From: Candidatus Buchananbacteria bacterium
Lineage (GTDB): Bacteria > Patescibacteriota > Patescibacteriia > Buchananbacterales > UBA6539
NCBI GenBank assembly: GCA_041664165.1
Contig: JBAYLH010000005.1
Span: 344 to 64,343 of the forward strand
Direction of reading: 5' to 3'
Length of the DNA stretch: 64,000 nucleotides
Below the pieces are notes generated by a model that saw only the letters and a list, made by a program, of their open reading frames with translations, ran no database searches and was not told the origin of the DNA. Position numbers and translations under genes: made by a program. This document shows positions 17,157 to 25,710 of this stretch, piece after piece; within the stretch, counting starts at the first letter, position 1, and the number at the start of each line of letters is the position of its first letter.

Positions 17157-18661
17157 TTTTTTAAGCCTAAAACAATTTGATTAAACTGATCGCCCCGGTC
17201 ATATTCATGGATAAATAAATTAAACGAGGCACAGGCCGGCGAGAGCAAAATAGTACTTCCTGATTTAGCAAAACTTTTAGCCAAACTAACGGCCGGTAAC
17301 ATTTCATTAACCCCAAAAACAAAATTCCGATAATTAACCTTTTTTAATTGCTTGGCAATCTGCTCGCTGCCTTCGCCGGAAAATAATACCACCGCTTTGC
17401 AAGTCTGTTTAATGATGCCGGCTAGCTCCCGATATTTGGCTTCGGGAATATTTTTAGTCGCGCCGCCGGCAATTAAAATAATGTTTTTAGCTTTTAGCTT
17501 ATAGCTTGTAGCTTGCAGAGTATTAAGGGCGGCGATAGTTCCATCGGGCGTGGTAGCAGTTGTATCATTGACATAATCAACCCCATCAACTTGTCTGATA
17601 AATTCAATCCGACCCGGCAAGCCGTTGAAGCTAGCCAAGGCTGATTTGATTTCTTTTGGTTTTACTCCAAAAATTCCCGCCACGGTCAAAGCGGCTAAAA
17701 TATTTTCTAAATTATGCTCGCCTTTCAGCTTGCAAGCGGACAAGCTGGCAAGCTGGCTAATTCTGCCATTGAACCGAAAATAAATTTTGCCATTTTTAAC
17801 GAAACTGCCGTTTTGCTCCTTAAACTCTTTTTTGGAAAACCAAAACCGCCGAGCCGCCACGCTTTGCCCCATTTTTCTAGTATCAGAATTATCTAAATTC
17901 AAAATCGCAAAATCACTTTCTTTCTGCCAAGAAATTATATTCTTTTTCGCCGCGATGTAATCAGCCATTCCCAAGTAACGATTCAAATGATCCGGATAAA
18001 TATTGGTAACCAAGGCGATATTTGGACTTAACTTTTGCTGGCCTAAAATTTCCAGCTGCCACGACGAAAGCTCTAAAACCGCCAAATCATCGGTTTTAAT
18101 TTGATCTAAAATTTCCAGCATTGGCTTTTGCGGCAATCCTGCCAGCCAAACCTTTCTTCCTGTTCTCTGATTTCTGTTCTCTGATTTCTGATTTCTGTTT
18201 TCTGTTTTCTGTAATAATTCATAAATTAAACTAGCCGTCGTTGATTTGCCGCGAGTGCCAGTCACGCCAATAATTTTAGCGGGGCCTGCCTCGCCTATTC
18301 TATTGCGAAGTAAGCGGCAAGGCGGGCAATTTTTAAAAAATAAACTGGCATCATTTTCCGTTAGAATCCCGGCTTTTTCGGCAATTTTCAGGTATTTTGA
18401 CTGCCGCGGAACACCCGGGTTTTGAATAATCAAATCAGCGTTTTTAAAATCAATTTCGCGGTGCCGACCTAAGATTAGTTTGCAAGTTGGTAAGTTGGTA
18501 AGTTTTCTGAGGGAAGGTTCTAATTCTTTTTTAGTTTTTAAATCAGTCACGGTCACTTTAGCTCCGTGTTTTACCAGCCATAAGACAACTGCGACTCCAC
18601 CGCCGTGAAGTCCCAAGCCCATGACTGTTACTTTTTTGCCTTGAAATAAATTTTTTACCAT
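17153..18661 (-). CDS. murD: UDP-N-acetylmuramoylalanine--D-glutamate ligase (MurD) with in-frame low-complexity insertions
   Basis: KVTVMGLGLHGGG N-domain, GVTGTRGKSTT P-loop and Mur ligase C-domain. About 50 aa longer than typical MurD because of repeat-encoded inserts. Confidence 0.85.
   Translation of the reverse strand: MVKNLFQGKKVTVMGLGLHGGGVAVVLWLVKHGAKVTVTDLKTKKELEPSLRKLTNLPTCKLILGRHREIDFKNADLIIQNPGVPRQSKYLKIAEKAGILTENDASLFFKNCPPCRLLRNRIGEAGPAKIIGVTGTRGKSTTASLIYELLQKTENRNQKSENRNQRTGRKVWLAGLPQKPMLEILDQIKTDDLAVLELSSWQLEILGQQKLSPNIALVTNIYPDHLNRYLGMADYIAAKKNIISWQKESDFAILNLDNSDTRKMGQSVAARRFWFSKKEFKEQNGSFVKNGKIYFRFNGRISQLASLSACKLKGEHNLENILAALTVAGIFGVKPKEIKSALASFNGLPGRIEFIRQVDGVDYVNDTTATTPDGTIAALNTLQATSYKLKAKNIILIAGGATKNIPEAKYRELAGIIKQTCKAVVLFSGEGSEQIAKQLKKVNYRNFVFGVNEMLPAVSLAKSFAKSGSTILLSPACASFNLFIHEYDRGDQFNQIVLGLKK
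18158..18212. repeat. in-frame tandem microsatellite (ttctctgatttctg / ttttctg units) inside murD, encoding ENRNQKSENRNQ
   Basis: Direct tandem repeats are visible in the sequence. A second short repeat, ttggtaag x2, lies at 18487-18502. A tagctt-rich repeat at 17475-17500 encodes KLQATSYKLKAKN. Confidence 0.75.
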
Positions 18662-18665
18662 TTTC

Positions 18666-19685
18666 TTATTTAGTATTTCCAGCTAATTTCTTGATTTGCT
18701 CAATTATTTTTTTATCAACTTCAAGCCAGCCTCGCCGCAAAGCTATTTCTTTATTTTGATAGGCTTTCTTACCGGGTATAACAATTTCTTTAATCCCCTT
18801 CTTTCTTTTTACTGATTTAATTTCTTTAATAAACTGGCTATTTTTTTGCTTAAATTTTTTTAAAGAAGTAAAAACTGACGGATTAATGGCAATAAATAAA
18901 GCCCCCCTATATTTTTTGCCATATTTATCTTTTGAGCTGCCAATATCTTTTTTCTTGTATCCGATTTCCGCGTTCACCAAAGACCCGGTCAAAATCTCAA
19001 ATAAAATACCCAAGTTAAATCCTTTATAATCGCCAAAAGGCAGAGCGGCAAAAAAAGAATCGGGATCTTTAATAATTTCACCTTTTTTGTCGACAAAAGA
19101 ATCTTCTGGCAAATCGCGGCCTAATAGTTTGGCTAATTTAACTTCACTGATGGCTTTTTTTGAAATTGCCATGTCGCAAACAATCGGTTTTCCAAAAGTT
19201 GGAATGGCAAAACCAATCGGATTGGTAGCAAGTATTGCATCTAAACCACCAGGCGGCACCACAGTTGGCCCACCGCCGTTGATCAAGACTAAACCGATCA
19301 AATCATTTTCGGCAATTTTTTCCGCTTGGCTGCCCGGGCGCAGGAAAGGCAATGAATCATAAACTCCAACCATGGCAATCCCGGTTTTTTTAGCCATTTT
19401 TATTACTGCTTTAGTTGCTACGCCAGCCACCAATTGGCCAATCTGACCATTGGCATTCAGCAACAAAAAATTATTACTTTTTCGACTAACCAATATTTTT
19501 TTAGCCTTAGTCTGCCCCGCTTTTTCTATTACTCCTGAAAAACTTATTAAGCCATGAGTTATTTTACCCAAGAGTTCACCTTCAAGATAATCAGCCACAA
19601 CTATTTTTGCTTCAGCGGGTTTTAGTCCCCGCTTAATTAAAATTACTTCGCAAAGCCGTCGAATTTCCTTAATTTTGACCTTCAT
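18666..19685 (-). CDS. Ldh_2 family (malate/L-lactate/sulfolactate dehydrogenase-like) oxidoreductase
   Basis: The N-terminus (EIRRLCEVILIKRGLKPAEAKIVVADYLEGELLGKITHGL) matches the Ldh_2 family pattern. Its ~340-aa length fits that family. Confidence 0.45.
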   Translation of the reverse strand: MKVKIKEIRRLCEVILIKRGLKPAEAKIVVADYLEGELLGKITHGLISFSGVIEKAGQTKAKKILVSRKSNNFLLLNANGQIGQLVAGVATKAVIKMAKKTGIAMVGVYDSLPFLRPGSQAEKIAENDLIGLVLINGGGPTVVPPGGLDAILATNPIGFAIPTFGKPIVCDMAISKKAISEVKLAKLLGRDLPEDSFVDKKGEIIKDPDSFFAALPFGDYKGFNLGILFEILTGSLVNAEIGYKKKDIGSSKDKYGKKYRGALFIAINPSVFTSLKKFKQKNSQFIKEIKSVKRKKGIKEIVIPGKKAYQNKEIALRRGWLEVDKKIIEQIKKLAGNTK

Positions 19686-19770
19686 ACGTGATCCAATTAA
19701 CTTTCTAAAATCTTTTCTTTAGTCTATCCACAATTCATAATTAATAATTTCTAATTAATAATTCTAACTC

Positions 19771-20811
19771 CTACCCCTTAGACACTAAAAACAAAATTAA
19801 CCCGATAATTGACGAAACCGCGGCCACGACCCAAAAGCGCATCACGATTTTCGGTTCCGGCCAGCCGATTGCTTCTAAATGATGATGCAAGGGCGAAGAA
19901 ATAAAAAACTTCCGGCCAAAAACTTTTTTCCAAAACATCTGGATTAAAACGGAAAATGTCTCCACCACAAAAATAAAACCGATAATCGGCAAAAACAAGG
20001 CGGCATTAGTCAGCATCGCAATAATTCCCAAAGTTACTCCCAAAGACGTTGAACCGGTATCGCCCATAAAAAATCGGGCCGGATTGATATTAAACCACAA
20101 AAAAGCCAAAAGCGCGCCCATAATCACCCCGCAAAAAGCCGCTAAGTTATACCGGCCCTGGGAAAAAGAAATAACGCCGTAAGCCGCAAAAGCCGCCAGT
20201 AAAGTGCCGCCGGCCAAACCATCAAGCCCGTCAGTTAGGTTAACGGCGTGCGCTGTGCCGATAATGACAAAAATGAAAAACGGAATATACCACCAGCCGA
20301 TATCGAAATAACCGGCAAATGGAATATACAGCGTTGTCCACCCCAATTTGTAGTAAAACCACCAGGCGCCGACAACGGCAATTAAGCCATAAATCAAAAA
20401 ACGATGGCGCATCCGCAAACCGCCGCCGTCTTTTCCCATCCGCCAAATATCAAACAAATCATCAACCAAACCGACCAGAGCCGAAGCGACTAAAGCACCA
20501 AGGGGCAATAAGGTTTCGCTGCGGGACAAAAAATCCAACTTGCCCAAAAAACCGCCGAAGAACTGGTTGAGATAAAAAAACAAAAGCATTAAAAATAAGG
20601 TTGTTCCCCAGACCAAAACGCCGCCCATCGTCGGCGTACCGGCTTTTTTTTGGTGCATACTGGCAAAAACCGGCGCGACTTTGGCGTCCCGAATTCCCTT
20701 GCCCAAATGATATTTGTATAAAAAATAAGTTAAAAACGGCGTCCAGGCCAAAGTCAGGATAAAAGACACCGTCGCCAAAAAAAAGACTTTTACAAGATAA
20801 AAATCAACCAT
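19771..20811 (-). CDS. mraY: phospho-N-acetylmuramoyl-pentapeptide transferase (MraY)
   Basis: Ten-TM MraY with the Asp-rich loop (VDDLFDIWR) and the NLTDGLDGLAGG and HHHLEA motifs. Confidence 0.9.
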   Translation of the reverse strand: MVDFYLVKVFFLATVSFILTLAWTPFLTYFLYKYHLGKGIRDAKVAPVFASMHQKKAGTPTMGGVLVWGTTLFLMLLFFYLNQFFGGFLGKLDFLSRSETLLPLGALVASALVGLVDDLFDIWRMGKDGGGLRMRHRFLIYGLIAVVGAWWFYYKLGWTTLYIPFAGYFDIGWWYIPFFIFVIIGTAHAVNLTDGLDGLAGGTLLAAFAAYGVISFSQGRYNLAAFCGVIMGALLAFLWFNINPARFFMGDTGSTSLGVTLGIIAMLTNAALFLPIIGFIFVVETFSVLIQMFWKKVFGRKFFISSPLHHHLEAIGWPEPKIVMRFWVVAAVSSIIGLILFLVSKG

Positions 20812-20814
20812 AGC

Positions 20815-21186
20815 TTAAAAATTGGCTAAAATGATTAAAAAAACCGCGATCCCCAAGATAACCTGGATAAAAGTAGTAACCGCCGCTAAAAGCTGACTCA
20901 AAATAATTTCTTTCTGATAAACCAGCCCGGCTAAAAGAAAATTTATAAAAATAAAGGCCAGCCCCAAACCCGGCAAAAAGAATATCTGGTACCAAGCTGC
21001 CAACAAATCAATGCCAAAATAAATATTGTAATGCAAAGCCAAAGATTCCGTAAAACTTCCGGCCTGACTAAAAATCCAAAGCCAGATGCTGAGATTAAAA
21101 AGCAGGCTTAAGAAAAAATTAATCCGGATGAACTTATTACGGGAATAATAATTGGCTAAAATCGGATTTTGCCGGCGGAAAAACAT
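20815..21186 (-). CDS. small polytopic membrane protein, unknown function
   Basis: Four hydrophobic segments. It ends 3 nt before mraY. Confidence 0.35.
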   Translation of the reverse strand: MFFRRQNPILANYYSRNKFIRINFFLSLLFNLSIWLWIFSQAGSFTESLALHYNIYFGIDLLAAWYQIFFLPGLGLAFIFINFLLAGLVYQKEIILSQLLAAVTTFIQVILGIAVFLIILANF

Positions 21187-21366
21187 TTTTTTGCTAATTT
21201 AATTACTACTACTAATAATAATAACTATTTGCCTTTTTGTCCACCTCCTCCTCCGTTAGAAATCTGGGTGTTTTCGGACAATATTAACTAGTATTAACTA
21301 AAAAACTAAACGAAGCGCTAGATGACAGGTTTAAGCTTAGCTCATAATTTCCGGCGCGATTCCCCT

Positions 21367-21393
21367 TTTGAAAAAATTAATTTTATGGTATAA
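21367..21393 (+). promoter_or_regulatory. promoter of the pilus operon with an extended -10 element
   Basis: TTGAAA (21367-21372), a 15-nt spacer, then TGgTATAAT (21385-21393). Confidence 0.5.
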
Positions 21394-21430
21394 TACGGCC
21401 AGGTAAACAACTATCCTTTCCACCAATTTT

Positions 21431-23158
21431 ATGTTTAATGACACCCAAATAAAAAAAATCCTGACTGAAACAAAAACAGTCGGCGAAAAAGAAATTGATA
21501 TCTGCATCGAAGAAGCCAAAAAAAGAAACCAAAAACTGGAAGAATACGTCATCAGCCAAAAAATTATCGGCGAAGAACAGCTCTACGAAGCCGCGGCAAA
21601 ATTTTTCGACTTGCCGTTTATTAATCTCAAAAATGAGACTATCCGCAAGGATATTCTTTTTTTAATCCCTGAAGCCATTGCCTCATCCCACAAAATCATT
21701 GCTTTTGACAAAAATGAGACTGAATTAAAAATTGCCACTTTGAACCCGGAAGATTTGGAAATATTTGAATTTTTGGGCAAAAAAACCGGTTTAGAAGTAA
21801 AAACTTTTCTTACCACGCCTGAAGGCATCGGCGAAGGAATAAAAAACTACCACAAAGGCTTAAAAGCTGAATTCCAGGACTTAACCAAAGAAGAAACCAA
21901 TACAGAGCTAGAAGGCAATACCAAATTGAAAGAATTAGCCCATGACCTGCCGGTGATCCGCATTGTCGATACCTTGCTCGAATATGCCATTTTTGAGAAT
22001 GCTTCGGATATTCACATTGAACCGACCGAAAAAGAAGTGGTTGTCCGCTACCGGATTGACGGCGTCTTGCGCAATGTGATGACCTTGCCCAAAACCATTC
22101 ATGCCGGAATCGTCGCCAGAATCAAAATTCTATCAAACCTCAAACTCGACGAGCACCGCCTGCCTCAGGACAGCCGCTTTAAGATTGAAACCAATGCCTA
22201 CAAAGTCTCTTTCCGGGTTTCGATTATCCCGGCCTACGACGGGGAAAAAATCGTTTTACGGGCCTTAAACGAAGCCACCAGCGTCATTACTTTGGAACAG
22301 CTTGGTTTCCAGCGGGAGCCACTGGAAAAAATGAGAAGAAATATTAAAAAACCCCACGGCCTAATTCTAGTCACCGGCCCGACCGGTTCGGGTAAAACTA
22401 CGACTCTTTATGCCGTTTTAAATATTTTAAACCGGCCGGAAGTTAATATTACCACCGTTGAAGACCCGATTGAATACCGCATGCCCGGCATTAACCAAAG
22501 CCAGGTCAACCCGAAAATCGGCTATACTTTTGCCGGCGCTCTCCGAGCCTTTTTGCGGCAAGACCCAAATATCATTATGGTCGGCGAAATCCGAGACCAG
22601 GAAACCGCCGAAATTGCCATTCACGCCGCTTTAACCGGCCATTTGGTTTTATCCACTCTGCATACTAACGACGCGCCGACTACTCTGCCCCGGTTAAGCG
22701 AAATGGGAATTCCGGCCTTTTTGGTCGCCTCAACCTGCAATTTAATCGTGGCCCAAAGGCTGGTCAGAAAAATCTGCCAGGATTGCCTGGAAAGCTATAC
22801 TTTAACCAAAATAGAAATTGACAAACTGGAAAAACAAATCAACTTGACTTCAATTTTAGAAACTTTGGAAAAAGAAAATTTAATCACCAAAAAACAGACT
22901 AAAGAATCACTGCTTTTTTACCGCGGCAAAGGCTGTAAAAAATGCGATAAAACCGGCTACAAAGGCCGGGTTGGCCTTTACGAAGTTTTAGAAATTACTT
23001 CGGAAATTTCCGATTTGATTTTACAAGGCGCGCCGGCCAAAGCGATTCAAAAAGCCGGCAAAGACCAGGGAATGTTAACCGTGATCGAAGACGGTTTTAT
23101 CAAAGCCAAAACCGGAATTACCACGATTGAAGAGGTTTTGAGAGTGACTAAAGATTAA
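21431..23158 (+). CDS. pilB: type IV pilus assembly ATPase PilB (GspE family)
   Basis: T2SSE N-domain, Walker A GPTGSGKTT, Asp box, His box, and a tetracysteine motif (CQDC ... CKKC). Confidence 0.9.
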   Translation: MFNDTQIKKILTETKTVGEKEIDICIEEAKKRNQKLEEYVISQKIIGEEQLYEAAAKFFDLPFINLKNETIRKDILFLIPEAIASSHKIIAFDKNETELKIATLNPEDLEIFEFLGKKTGLEVKTFLTTPEGIGEGIKNYHKGLKAEFQDLTKEETNTELEGNTKLKELAHDLPVIRIVDTLLEYAIFENASDIHIEPTEKEVVVRYRIDGVLRNVMTLPKTIHAGIVARIKILSNLKLDEHRLPQDSRFKIETNAYKVSFRVSIIPAYDGEKIVLRALNEATSVITLEQLGFQREPLEKMRRNIKKPHGLILVTGPTGSGKTTTLYAVLNILNRPEVNITTVEDPIEYRMPGINQSQVNPKIGYTFAGALRAFLRQDPNIIMVGEIRDQETAEIAIHAALTGHLVLSTLHTNDAPTTLPRLSEMGIPAFLVASTCNLIVAQRLVRKICQDCLESYTLTKIEIDKLEKQINLTSILETLEKENLITKKQTKESLLFYRGKGCKKCDKTGYKGRVGLYEVLEITSEISDLILQGAPAKAIQKAGKDQGMLTVIEDGFIKAKTGITTIEEVLRVTKD

Positions 23159-23176
23159 GCTTTTTAAAAAAACAAA

Positions 23177-24265
23177 ATGAACCTGACTGATTTTTTAGCC
23201 AAAATTACCGGTTTGATCAAAACTCCAAAAAAAGTCAACCTGGCCCAAAAGATATTTTTTGTCCAGCAGCTGGGCGTGATGCTCCGAGCCGGTATTTCTT
23301 TATCAATTGCTTTAAAAACTTTATCCGAACAGACTTCCGCCAAGGGCTTTCGGCTGATTCTCTCCGATTTGCAGCAAGGAGTCGAAAAAGGAAACCTCTT
23401 GTCCAAGGGTTTGGAAAAATACCAAAAAACTTTCGGCGAACTTTTTATCAATATGGTCAGAGCCGGCGAAGCTTCGGGCAAACTGGAAGATGTTTTAAAA
23501 CAGCTGTTTACTCAGATGAAAAAAGACCATGACATTATTGCCAAGGTTAAAGGCGCCATGATTTATCCGGCCATTGTCGTTACCATGATGATTGCCATCG
23601 GCATCTTGGTTTTGGTTTATGTCATTCCGACTATGTCGAGCGTCTTTACGGAAATGAATATCGAGTTGCCGCTACCCACCAGAATTTTAATCGGCAGCAG
23701 CGATTTTGCTCTAAAATATGGCATCTTCATTTTGGCCGCTCTTATTGTTCTGATCATTGTCTTTCAAAGACTAGCCAGTCTGCCGGCCGGCAAAAAAAAA
23801 TTCCATCAAGTTTTACTGAAAATTCCGGTTGCCGGCGGCATTATCCAAAAAATAAACTTGGCTCGGTTTTGCCGAACCTTGAGTTCGCTGCTAAAAACTG
23901 ACATTCCGATTGTCCAGTCGTTTGAAATCACTGCCCGGATTTTAGGCAATGTTGTTTACAAAAATGCTTTGTTTGAGGCCAAGGAAAAAATCAAAAAAGG
24001 CATCAGCATCCAGGAATCTTTGAAACCGCATATCAAGCTCTTTCCGCCGGTGGTTTTGCAAATGATCATGGTTGGCGAGGAAACCGGCGCGCTGGATAAT
24101 ATCTTGGAAGAATCGGCCAACTTCTACGAAGAAGAAGTCAACCAGGTTATGACCAACTTGCCTTCGATAATCGAGCCGCTGTTAATGGTTATTTTAGGCG
24201 TTGGCGTCGGCGGCATGGCCGTAGCCGTCATTATGCCGATGTATTCCCTAAGTCAGCAAATTTAA
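23177..24265 (+). CDS. pilC: type IV pilus platform protein PilC (GspF family)
   Basis: Two GspF repeats with three TM segments, typical of PilC. Confidence 0.9.
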   Translation: MNLTDFLAKITGLIKTPKKVNLAQKIFFVQQLGVMLRAGISLSIALKTLSEQTSAKGFRLILSDLQQGVEKGNLLSKGLEKYQKTFGELFINMVRAGEASGKLEDVLKQLFTQMKKDHDIIAKVKGAMIYPAIVVTMMIAIGILVLVYVIPTMSSVFTEMNIELPLPTRILIGSSDFALKYGIFILAALIVLIIVFQRLASLPAGKKKFHQVLLKIPVAGGIIQKINLARFCRTLSSLLKTDIPIVQSFEITARILGNVVYKNALFEAKEKIKKGISIQESLKPHIKLFPPVVLQMIMVGEETGALDNILEESANFYEEEVNQVMTNLPSIIEPLLMVILGVGVGGMAVAVIMPMYSLSQQI

Positions 24266-24268
24266 ATT

Positions 24269-24706
24269 ATGAGAAATAAAGGCTTTTCGATAGTTGAATT
24301 AATGATTGCCTTAACGGTAGTAGTTTTAATTTCCTTAATTTCTTTGCCGTTATTTATCACCTACCAAAAAACTACCAAGCTAAAAAGTGAATCCAGAATT
24401 TTAGTGTCTAACTTAAGATTAGCTCAGCAGCTAGCTATTACCGAACAAAATATTTATGACCTCAAACTTTTCCCCGACACTAAAACTTACCAAATAATCA
24501 ATGAGAAAGACAGCAGCATAAAAAAAACCGTGGTTTTAAACCCGGAAGTTTCAATTGCCGAAGTTACCGGTTTTACGGCTAATACCATCCGCTTTGTGGC
24601 TACCGGCGCCGTCATCGAAACCGGTACCATCCTGCTGTCAAACACTAATAATAACACTACGACTTTACAAATTAAACCTTCCGGTTATGTTGAGCTTTCC
24701 GAATAA
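24269..24706 (+). CDS. prepilin-type minor pilin, GspH/FimU-like
   Basis: Prepilin signal KGFSIVELMIAL (the G|F cleavage site, Glu at +5). The C-terminal pattern TIRFVATGAV ... TLQIKPSGYVEL resembles GspH/FimT. Confidence 0.6.
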   Translation: MRNKGFSIVELMIALTVVVLISLISLPLFITYQKTTKLKSESRILVSNLRLAQQLAITEQNIYDLKLFPDTKTYQIINEKDSSIKKTVVLNPEVSIAEVTGFTANTIRFVATGAVIETGTILLSNTNNNTTTLQIKPSGYVELSE

Positions 24707-25121
24707 AAACAAGGGTTTTTCTATCATCGAAGGCACCCTGGCAATTGCCGTCTTGATCATCGGTTTGATGGCAATAATGCAAGTTTTTCCTTTTGGCTTA
24801 AAAGTGATCGGCGATTCCCAAAATACCACCATTGCCTCAAGCGTGGCTTTGGAAAAAATTGAAGAATTAAGATCGGTTCAATATGACAGCTTGGCAACTG
24901 GAACAATTGAAGCCAAGCATCATTTGTCAGCTGATGCCGGAAACTATTTATATAGCTATCAGCGGCAAACCATTGTCGAATTAGTTGATGCTAATTTCAA
25001 TCAAAGCGGGACTGACATCGGTTTAAAAAAAATTACCGTCACGGTTTTTTGGGTTTCGCCGGTCGGCTTTGCCGAAAAGTCAATTCAGTTAAATTCAATC
25101 GTCGCTAAAACTGCTGATTAA
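24687..25121 (+). CDS. prepilin-type minor pilin, PilV-like
   Basis: KGFSIIEGTLAIAVLIIGLMA followed by a PilV-like segment (..VALEKIEELRS). The start is trimmed to the internal ATG at 24687; the track ORF began at 24555. It overlaps the preceding gene by 20 nt. Confidence 0.55.
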   Translation: MLSFPNKNKGFSIIEGTLAIAVLIIGLMAIMQVFPFGLKVIGDSQNTTIASSVALEKIEELRSVQYDSLATGTIEAKHHLSADAGNYLYSYQRQTIVELVDANFNQSGTDIGLKKITVTVFWVSPVGFAEKSIQLNSIVAKTAD

Positions 25122-25128
25122 CTTCATA

Positions 25129-25698
25129 ATGAATAAGCTGCTAAAAAACCAAAAAGGATTTACCTTGGCCGAATTGATAATATCGGTCATGATTATTTTG
25201 CTGATTTTAATAATCATTGCCAGCGTTTTTTCCTTAAACCAAAAAGTCTTCCGAAAAAGCAATCTCAAAGCCGAGTTGGATCAAAATGCCAGAATCACCC
25301 TTGATTTAATGGCTCGGGAAATCAGGCAGGCCAAAGCTTTAGTCACTGCTCTGCCGGCCGATAATTCCAACCCGGCTTTGGTTCCCCATGAAATTCAATT
25401 TGAAGACGGCCACAACACAACACAAATCCAATACATCAGATATTATTTAGACGGCGGCAATTTGAACCGGCAAACCATTGTTTATTATTTTGATACCAGC
25501 CCCGGTGTTTATGTCCGCTACAATGACGTCGATGCTTTTGGCGCTCCCGAATCAAATATTTTAGAAGATAAAGTCATCAGTGAAAATTTTTCGGCCCTTG
25601 ATTTTTACGGCACTGAAAACATTACTATTGATTTAACTTTAACCAAGCGCGGAGAACAAGTACAAATCAGATCGATTATCAACCCGCGGAATATTTAA
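25129..25698 (+). CDS. prepilin-type minor pilin, PilW-like
   Basis: KGFTLAELIISVMII signal, then ELDQNARITLDLMAREIRQA, which matches the PilW signature region. Confidence 0.55.
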   Translation: MNKLLKNQKGFTLAELIISVMIILLILIIIASVFSLNQKVFRKSNLKAELDQNARITLDLMAREIRQAKALVTALPADNSNPALVPHEIQFEDGHNTTQIQYIRYYLDGGNLNRQTIVYYFDTSPGVYVRYNDVDAFGAPESNILEDKVISENFSALDFYGTENITIDLTLTKRGEQVQIRSIINPRNI

Positions 25699-25710
25699 CC
25701 ATAAAAAAAT

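Noticed and set aside
18158-18212. Possible CRISPR-like or minisatellite array
   Set aside because: The units are 7-14 nt and lie in-frame inside murD. There are no spacers and no cas genes. It is a coding microsatellite, not CRISPR.
21222-21236. Strong polypurine SD-like string ggaggaggaggtgg on the minus strand upstream of the small membrane protein gene
   Set aside because: It lies about 50 nt from the ATG at 21186, too far to act as that gene's ribosome-binding site. The only start codon in range gives a 10-aa peptide. More likely incidental, or part of an unannotated leader.
24555-24686. Long N-terminal extension of the PilV-like ORF (track start 24555)
   Set aside because: The extension overlaps the preceding pilin gene in another frame and has no signal peptide. 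The internal ATG at 24687 gives a canonical prepilin leader (MLSFPNKNKGFSIIEG).
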